A stretch of 23,343 nucleotides of DNA, taken from IMG/VR virus record IMGVR_UViG_2531839529_000008; one strand, 5' to 3'. The first letter of the stretch is position 1, and each line of letters starts with the position of its first letter. The notes under the pieces are model-generated. The model searched no databases. It had not been told where the DNA came from and saw nothing but the letters and a program-made list of their open reading frames with translations. Shown here in pieces: positions 18,253 to 23,343 of this stretch. The translations under genes were made by a program, and so were the position numbers. The DNA comes from a virus. Its lineage: Duplodnaviria > Heunggongvirae > Uroviricota > Caudoviricetes.

Positions 18253-19212
18253 ATGATAAAAAAACCTGTGATTGGAATCAGCGGTTGTTTGGCCGGTTCT
18301 GCTGTTCGTTTTGATGGTGGTCACAAAAGAGCTGACTTTTTAATGGACAAATTAGTGGAATGGGTAACATTCAGACCAGTATGTCCGGAAATGGCTATAG
18401 GGCTGCCAGTTCCGCGTCCTGCTCTACGTCTTGTGCGCTCGATGCAAGGAAATATACGGATGTGTTTCAGCCACGACCAGAATGAGGATGTGACAGAGAG
18501 AATGACAGAGTTTAGTCGTTCTTATATGGACAAATTAAAGGATGTATCGGGGTTTGTGGTTTGTGCTAAATCTCCCAGCTGTGGCATGGAGCGCGTGCGT
18601 GTCTATGATGAAAATGGTAATCGAGGTCGTAAAGATGGAGTGGGACTATTTACGAGCACTTTGATGGAAAAGTTTTCCTGGCTACCGGTTGAAGAGGATG
18701 GGCGATTACATGATCCAGTGCTTCGTGAGAATTTTGTTGAAAGAGTTTTTGCTTTGCATGAGCTCAATCACCTTTACAAGGAGAAATTATCAAGAAGAGA
18801 GTTATTAGCTTTTCATAGTCGTTATAAGCTTCAGTTGTTGGCGCATAGTCAGGCAGGCTATAAAGATATGGGACCATTTGTGGCTGCAATACACGAGTGG
18901 GCGGACCTTGAATCATACTTTGAGGTGTATCGTGATAAGCTGATGGCGATTCTCAGAAAACCTGCATCACGTAAAAATCACACGAATGTGCTGATGCATA
19001 TACAGGGGTATTTTAGTAACTACTTAAGTACACGCCAGCGTAAAGAGTTGAGCGAGGTTATACTTAACTATCGTTCTGGCACATTACCTCTTCTTGCGCC
19101 GTTGACTCTGCTGAAGCATTATCTGGGTGAGTATCCTAATGATTACTTGCTTACACAGAATTACTTCGATCCCTATCCGGACGAACTGGCTCTAAGACTG
19201 ATGGTAAATTAA
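18253..19212 (+). CDS. DUF523 (TudS-like Fe-S desulfidase) fused to DUF1722, 319 aa; RudS/YbgA-like
   Basis: Track ORF with strong Shine-Dalgarno (AAGGGGGAGAATATG); conserved Cys residues in the N-terminal half (GISGCLAG, VCPEM, SPSCGME); domain call from memory. Confidence 0.7.
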   Translation: MIKKPVIGISGCLAGSAVRFDGGHKRADFLMDKLVEWVTFRPVCPEMAIGLPVPRPALRLVRSMQGNIRMCFSHDQNEDVTERMTEFSRSYMDKLKDVSGFVVCAKSPSCGMERVRVYDENGNRGRKDGVGLFTSTLMEKFSWLPVEEDGRLHDPVLRENFVERVFALHELNHLYKEKLSRRELLAFHSRYKLQLLAHSQAGYKDMGPFVAAIHEWADLESYFEVYRDKLMAILRKPASRKNHTNVLMHIQGYFSNYLSTRQRKELSEVILNYRSGTLPLLAPLTLLKHYLGEYPNDYLLTQNYFDPYPDELALRLMVN

Positions 19213-19563
19213 TTGTATGCGATATCATCCAAAAGGATGAGTTCCTGCATGCAGGATATTTACAATCGTAAAAACTACACTATGATACCCAGAGTGTCAG
19301 TTTGTATAAAAACTCTGTTTACGCTGAAGAAACAATTGAGATGCAACTTAAAGTTGGTAAACATGCCAGTCAAAATATATAATATTATGATTCCACGCAG
19401 CTATATATAATATAACAGATTGGTTTAATAATTTGTCTTTGTGAGTTAAATACATAATTTTATACTTGTGATGTAATGAAATTTTCCTTATTGTTGAACT
19501 GGCGAATATTGATTTTCCACCTATACTTACCTGGTGTAACCCCAATGATATCAGGTGGATAAT

Positions 19564-20294
19564 ATGCCATACATATGTTCTATCATTTTGGTGTTGAATT
19601 CGTTTGATGTCCGAATTGGTAAAGAAGATATTTTGTTTAAAAAAGGAAATGCTGTTCTCATTGATTACAATTTAAAAGATTTTTTTCATCAAATATAGAT
19701 CATGTAATGATCGTAGATGTTGAAGAAAAAACAGTTAATGATTTCTTTAAAAGCAACACACTCTCACCTTTTTCTGTAAGAAGGTTTTATCCGGCATACT
19801 TGATGGTGGAATGTGAAGATTTTTCATTGTTAAAGAACTTGATTGCATGCTTGAATTGTGATGGCAGAACTGTGGATTTTGTTAGAAATCAAATATCACT
19901 TGCATGTCTTGCTATCTTATCTTCAGAGAAAATAGTGCAAAGTTTTTTATTTGGATGTCTTAATAGTTTAGGAAGTAAAGTTAAGGCTATTATTCACACG
20001 GATATATCTGCAGCATGGAGACTTTGTGATATATCTTCAAGACTGTATCTGAGTGAAAGTCTGTTAAAAAGAAAATTAAAGCACGAAGGCTTATCATTTA
20101 GTAAGTTAATTCTTGAAGAGCGAATGGTGATGGCGGAAAGCTTATTAAGCTACAATTTATATTCTGTTGGAAAAGTTGCTGAGATATGCGGTTATGAAAA
20201 CACGTCATATTTTGTAAGTGTTTTCAGAAGGTATTTTGGTGTTCCTCCCCATCAATATTCATCAAGATTTTTTTTAGAAAAAGACATGATGTAA
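19564..20294 (+). pseudogene. AppY-like AraC-family transcriptional regulator, disrupted: 44-codon N-terminal fragment (19564-19698) then a 195-aa C-terminal ORF (19707-20294) in another frame
   Basis: C-terminal AraC-type HTH (GYENTSYFVSVFRRYFGVPPHQY); N-terminal fragment MPYICSIILVLNSFDVRIGKEDILFKKGNAVLI resembles the AppY N-terminus; stops in all three frames at 19696-19712; very AT-rich. Confidence 0.6.
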
Positions 20295-20481
20295 CGTGAT
20301 GCGTTTTAATGATTTTGTAATTTTCGTATTTGATAATTGTATGATGCTTTCAGCTACGCCAGAATAATCGCGGCGTTTTTCTTTTTGAATAGATGTTCAA
20401 GCCTTACGCTAATGTAACTTCTATACCTTTCCTCTTCGTTCCGAACCGTGTACACCATCCGTTATTTGCGGAGGTGAGGCT

Positions 20482-20697
20482 ATGAAATCCATGGATAAGT
20501 TAACAACGGGCATTGCCTACGGCACCTCCGCAGGCAGTGCTGGCTACTGGTTTTTACAGCTGCTCGATAAAGTCACGCCCTCACAGTGGGCAGCAATAGG
20601 TGTGCTGGGTAGCTTGGTATTTGGCCTGCTGACGTACCTGACAAACCTTTATTTCAAGATTAAAGAAGATAAGCGCAAGGCTGCGAGAGGTGAATAA
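20482..20697 (+). CDS. essD: Class II holin (pinholin), phage 21 S / DLP12 EssD type, with dual-start motif MKSM
   Basis: 71-aa track ORF recognised as S21-like; Met1-Lys-Ser-Met4 dual start. Confidence 0.9.
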   Translation: MKSMDKLTTGIAYGTSAGSAGYWFLQLLDKVTPSQWAAIGVLGSLVFGLLTYLTNLYFKIKEDKRKAARGE

Positions 20698-21194
20698 TGC
20701 CTCCATCATTACGAAAAGCCGTTGCTGCTGCTATTGGTGGCGGAGCAATTGCTATAGCATCAGTGTTAATTACTGGCCCAAGTGGTAACGATGGTCTGGA
20801 AGGTGTCAGCTACATACCATACAAAGATATTGTTGGTGTATGGACTGTATGTCACGGGCATACAGGAAAAGACATCATACTCGGTAAAACGTATACCAAA
20901 GCAGAATGCAAAACACTCTTGAATAAAGACCTTGCCACGGTCGCCAGACAAATTAACCCGTACATCAAAGTCGATATACCGGAAACAACGCGCGGCGCTC
21001 TTTACTCGTTCGTCTATAACGTGGGCGCAGGCAATTTCAGAACATCTACTCTTCTTCGCAAAATAAACCAGGGCGATATCAAGGGCGCATGTGACCAGCT
21101 ACGTCGCTGGGCATACGCTGGCGGTAAGCAATGGAAAGGCCTGATGACTCGTCGTGAGATTGAGCGTGAGGTCTGTTTGTGGGGGCAACAATGA
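20697..21194 (+). CDS. rrrD: SAR endolysin (phage lysozyme), R21 / RrrD type
   Basis: 165-aa track ORF; N-terminal Gly/Ala-rich signal-arrest-release segment ([18 protein letters not shown]); start overlaps the holin stop. Confidence 0.9.
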   Translation: MPPSLRKAVAAAIGGGAIAIASVLITGPSGNDGLEGVSYIPYKDIVGVWTVCHGHTGKDIILGKTYTKAECKTLLNKDLATVARQINPYIKVDIPETTRGALYSFVYNVGAGNFRTSTLLRKINQGDIKGACDQLRRWAYAGGKQWKGLMTRREIEREVCLWGQQ

Positions 21195-21658
21195 GCAGGG
21201 TAACCGCGATTATCTCCGCTCTGGTTATCTGCATCATCGTCTGCCTGTCATGGGCTGTTAATCATTACCGTGATAATGCAATCGCCTACAAAGAACAGCG
21301 CGATAACAAGGCCAGTGAACTGGAGAAGGCGAACGCCACCATTACTGACATGCAGCAGCGCCAGCGTGATGCTGATGCACTCGATGATAAATACACGAAG
21401 GAGTTAGCTGATGCGAAAGCTGAAAATGATGCTCTTCGGCGCAAGCTTGATAATGGTGGTCGGGTGCTCGTCAAAGGAAAATGCCCTGTGCCATCCTCAG
21501 CCGAAACCTCCAGCGCCTCCGGCATGGGCAATGATGCCACCGTCGAACTCTCTCCAGTTGCTGGACGAAACGTTCTCGGTATCCGGGACGGAATTATCCG
21601 CGACCAAACAGCACTGAGAACGCTTCAGGAATACATCAGGACGCAATGCCTTCGATGA
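21191..21658 (+). CDS. Rz: Rz i-spanin
   Basis: Internal start [12 protein letters not shown] of track ORF 21179-21658; N-terminal TM segment then coiled-coil region. Confidence 0.85.
   Translation: MSRVTAIISALVICIIVCLSWAVNHYRDNAIAYKEQRDNKASELEKANATITDMQQRQRDADALDDKYTKELADAKAENDALRRKLDNGGRVLVKGKCPVPSSAETSSASGMGNDATVELSPVAGRNVLGIRDGIIRDQTALRTLQEYIRTQCLR
21411..21617 (+). CDS. Rz1: Rz1 o-spanin lipoprotein embedded in the +1 frame of Rz
   Basis: Track ORF inside Rz; lipobox VVGC; proline-rich mature part; exact start among the N-terminal Met codons uncertain. Confidence 0.7.
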   Translation: MRKLKMMLFGASLIMVVGCSSKENALCHPQPKPPAPPAWAMMPPSNSLQLLDETFSVSGTELSATKQH

Positions 21659-21832
21659 TAGCGATAATTTTACTCATCATCCTTCACATCTGGCTCTGTA
21701 GACAGGGTGGTGCTCACTTCTGGAGTGAATCCAGATTAAACATCTCATTGCTGATGCTTGATATTGAGCATTTTGCGCGCGGTAAGGGGCTGCGTTGAGA
21801 TAAGAACCAGTCATTACAAATACCAGGATTTA

Positions 21833-21858
21833 GCCTCGCATTCGCGGGGCTTTTTATT
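21833..21858 (+). terminator. Rho-independent terminator downstream of the lysis cassette
   Basis: Hairpin gcctcgc-attc-gcggggc (one G-U pair) followed by TTTTTATT. Confidence 0.55.
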
Positions 21859-21939
21859 GCCATTACAAAAGCCACTTCCTACAGAGTGGCTTTGATAATG
21901 GTTTATACCCTACACGGGATAACTTAACTGATATCCCTT

Positions 21940-22104
21940 TTAAAGGATAAAGGTATTCAAGCCTGACACATCATGCGCTGTATCGTCGCCGTATTCCCGT
22001 ATTAACAGAGACCGTAGCCCGACGGGGAACTCCTTCTGCGCGAGTGTGCGGGAATAATCAAAAACGATGCACACCGGGGTTACCGGGTACACATATTTCA
22101 TCAT
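21940..22104 (-). CDS. Possible small ORF (54 aa) in the region where lambda carries bor
   Basis: Hand translation MMKYVYPVTPVCIVFDYSRTLAQKEFPVGLRSLLIREYGDDTAHDVSGLNTFIL; no clear Shine-Dalgarno; not Bor-like. Confidence 0.2.
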   Translation of the reverse strand: MMKYVYPVTPVCIVFDYSRTLAQKEFPVGLRSLLIREYGDDTAHDVSGLNTFIL

Positions 22105-22149
22105 GCCAGCGAGTCCGGTTCTGGCACGGAAGAAACCGGACGTTATGAT

Positions 22150-22560
22150 TTAGTGCGGAAATATTTGTGTAGTGTTCTGAATGTTCTCAGTAAAGAGTAA
22201 TGAATTATCAAAGGTATAGTAATACCTTTTGTTTTCGTGGATATTTGTAATCCATCTGAAAACCCCTGCTGTAGCAAGATTTTTCCTGTATTCGTAAAAT
22301 GATAACTCTCCTGATTTGAATCCTTTTAAGGTGGCTTCTATAAGGCATTTATTTTTTGAAAATCTTACATTTACAACCTTACCCTGTCCTTTTATTAAAA
22401 CCGTATTATCGTTTTCAAGAACAAGATGAATATTCTCTGTAGCTAAATAGTAAATGTAATGTGAGACATTGTGACGTTTTAGTTCAGAATAAAACCAGTG
22501 ATAGTTTAAATTATTTCGCACTTTATCGAATATTTGTTTAAAAATGGCAACCTGAGCCAT
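22150..22560 (-). CDS. ybcV: YbcV-like protein (DUF1398, annotated in DLP12 as putative envelope protein)
   Basis: Internal start [11 protein letters not shown] of track ORF 22150-22575; recognised as DLP12 YbcV-like. Confidence 0.7.
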   Translation of the reverse strand: MAQVAIFKQIFDKVRNNLNYHWFYSELKRHNVSHYIYYLATENIHLVLENDNTVLIKGQGKVVNVRFSKNKCLIEATLKGFKSGELSFYEYRKNLATAGVFRWITNIHENKRYYYTFDNSLLFTENIQNTTQIFPH

Positions 22561-22616
22561 TGTAGTACCTTCCATGTGATATGAGGGGCGTAGTCTGCAC
22601 GATTATCTAAATTGCT

Positions 22617-22850
22617 TCAATCTGGTCTGATCTGTTTTCTGAGCAATTCAGTAATGTCACTCTTTTCTTTGTTTGCTTCAGGAGAAACTCTTTTTTCTGA
22701 GCACAGTCTCCGGCGGCAGGCTTCAATGACCCAGGCTGAGAAATTCCCGGACCCTTTTTGATCAAGAGCGATGTTAATTTGTTCAATCATTTGGTTAGGA
22801 AAGCGGATGTTGCGGATTGTTGTTCTGCGGGTTCTGTTCTTCGTTGACAT
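22617..22850 (-). CDS. Hypothetical small basic protein (77 aa), possible ribbon-helix-helix DNA-binding protein
   Basis: Track ORF upstream of the ybcV-like gene on the same strand; fold assignment is a guess from composition. Confidence 0.4.
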   Translation of the reverse strand: MSTKNRTRRTTIRNIRFPNQMIEQINIALDQKGSGNFSAWVIEACRRRLCSEKRVSPEANKEKSDITELLRKQIRPD

Positions 22851-23019
22851 GAGGTTGTCCCGTATTTAGTGTCGCTGATTTGTATTGTCTGAAGTTGTTT
22901 TTACGTTAAGTTGATGCAGATCAATTAATATGATACCTGCGTCATAATTGATTATTTGACGTGGTTTGATGGCGTAGATGCACGTTGTGACATGCAGATG
23001 ATAATTATTATCATTTTGC

Positions 23020-23238
23020 GGGTCCTTTCCGGCGATCCGACCGGTTACGGGGCGGCGACCTCGCGGGTTTTCGCTATTTATGAAAAATTTCCGGTTTAAG
23101 GCGTTTCCGTTCTTCTTCGTCATAACTTAATGTTTTTATTTAAAATACCCTCTGAAAAGAAAGGAAACGACAGGTGCTGAAAGCGAGCTTTTTGGCCTCT
23201 GTCGTTTCCTTTCTCTGTTTTTGTCCGTGGAATGAACA
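23020..23238 (+). other. cos: cos packaging site region: cosN cohesive-end sequence GGGCGGCGACCT at 23049-23060, cosB downstream
   Basis: Sequence from 23049 to the window end matches the remembered start of the lambda genome almost base for base. Confidence 0.9.
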
Positions 23239-23343
23239 ATGGAAGTCAACAAAAAGCAGCTGGCTGACATTTTCGGTGCGAGTATCCGTACCATTCAGAA
23301 CTGGCAGGAACAGGGAATGCCCGTTCTGCGAGGCGGTGGCAAG
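23239..23343 (+). CDS. nu1: Terminase small subunit Nu1, N-terminal 35 codons (truncated by window end)
   Basis: MEVNKKQLADIFGASIRTIQNWQEQGMPVLRGGGK recognised as the lambda Nu1 N-terminus. Confidence 0.9.
   Translation, partial: MEVNKKQLADIFGASIRTIQNWQEQGMPVLRGGGK

Noticed and set aside
19213-19545. ORFs of 65 aa on both strands in the AT-rich region upstream of the AraC-like gene
   Set aside because: Extreme AT content gives Ile/Lys/Asn/Tyr-rich chance ORFs; no ribosome-binding sites; more likely promoter and silencing DNA.
22866-23123. Minus-strand 85-aa ORF
   Set aside because: It runs across cosN and cosB, where lambda has no gene; likely a chance ORF.

Overview
The window is the left (early) arm of a mosaic lambdoid prophage integrated at the lambda attachment site next to host gene ybhC. 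It runs from attL (core GCTTTTTTATACTAA at 1331-1345) to the cos site and the first 35 codons of the terminase small subunit nu1 at the window end. Gene order is lambda-like: int-xis, an accessory ea region, exo-bet-gam-kil-cIII-ea10, sieB, an N-type antiterminator, a P22-type immunity region (c2/cro/c1 with operators and nut sites), lambda-type O (with ori iterons), P, ren and ninB, a phage Dam-like methyltransferase gene split by a complete IS911 copy, a phage-82/DLP12-type ninE-rusA-Q module, a cargo cluster between Q and the lysis genes, and a pinholin/SAR-endolysin/Rz/Rz1 lysis cassette. No rRNA, tRNA or CRISPR array was seen. The most interesting candidates are two accessory islands of unknown function: three AT-rich genes in the ea region (2976-4679), and the Q-holin cargo cluster encoding a Blc-like lipocalin, a DUF523-DUF1722 Fe-S desulfidase-like protein and a disrupted AppY-like AraC regulator. 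All protein identifications are from reading the translations and recall of protein families; no database search or computation was run, and composition statements are by eye.
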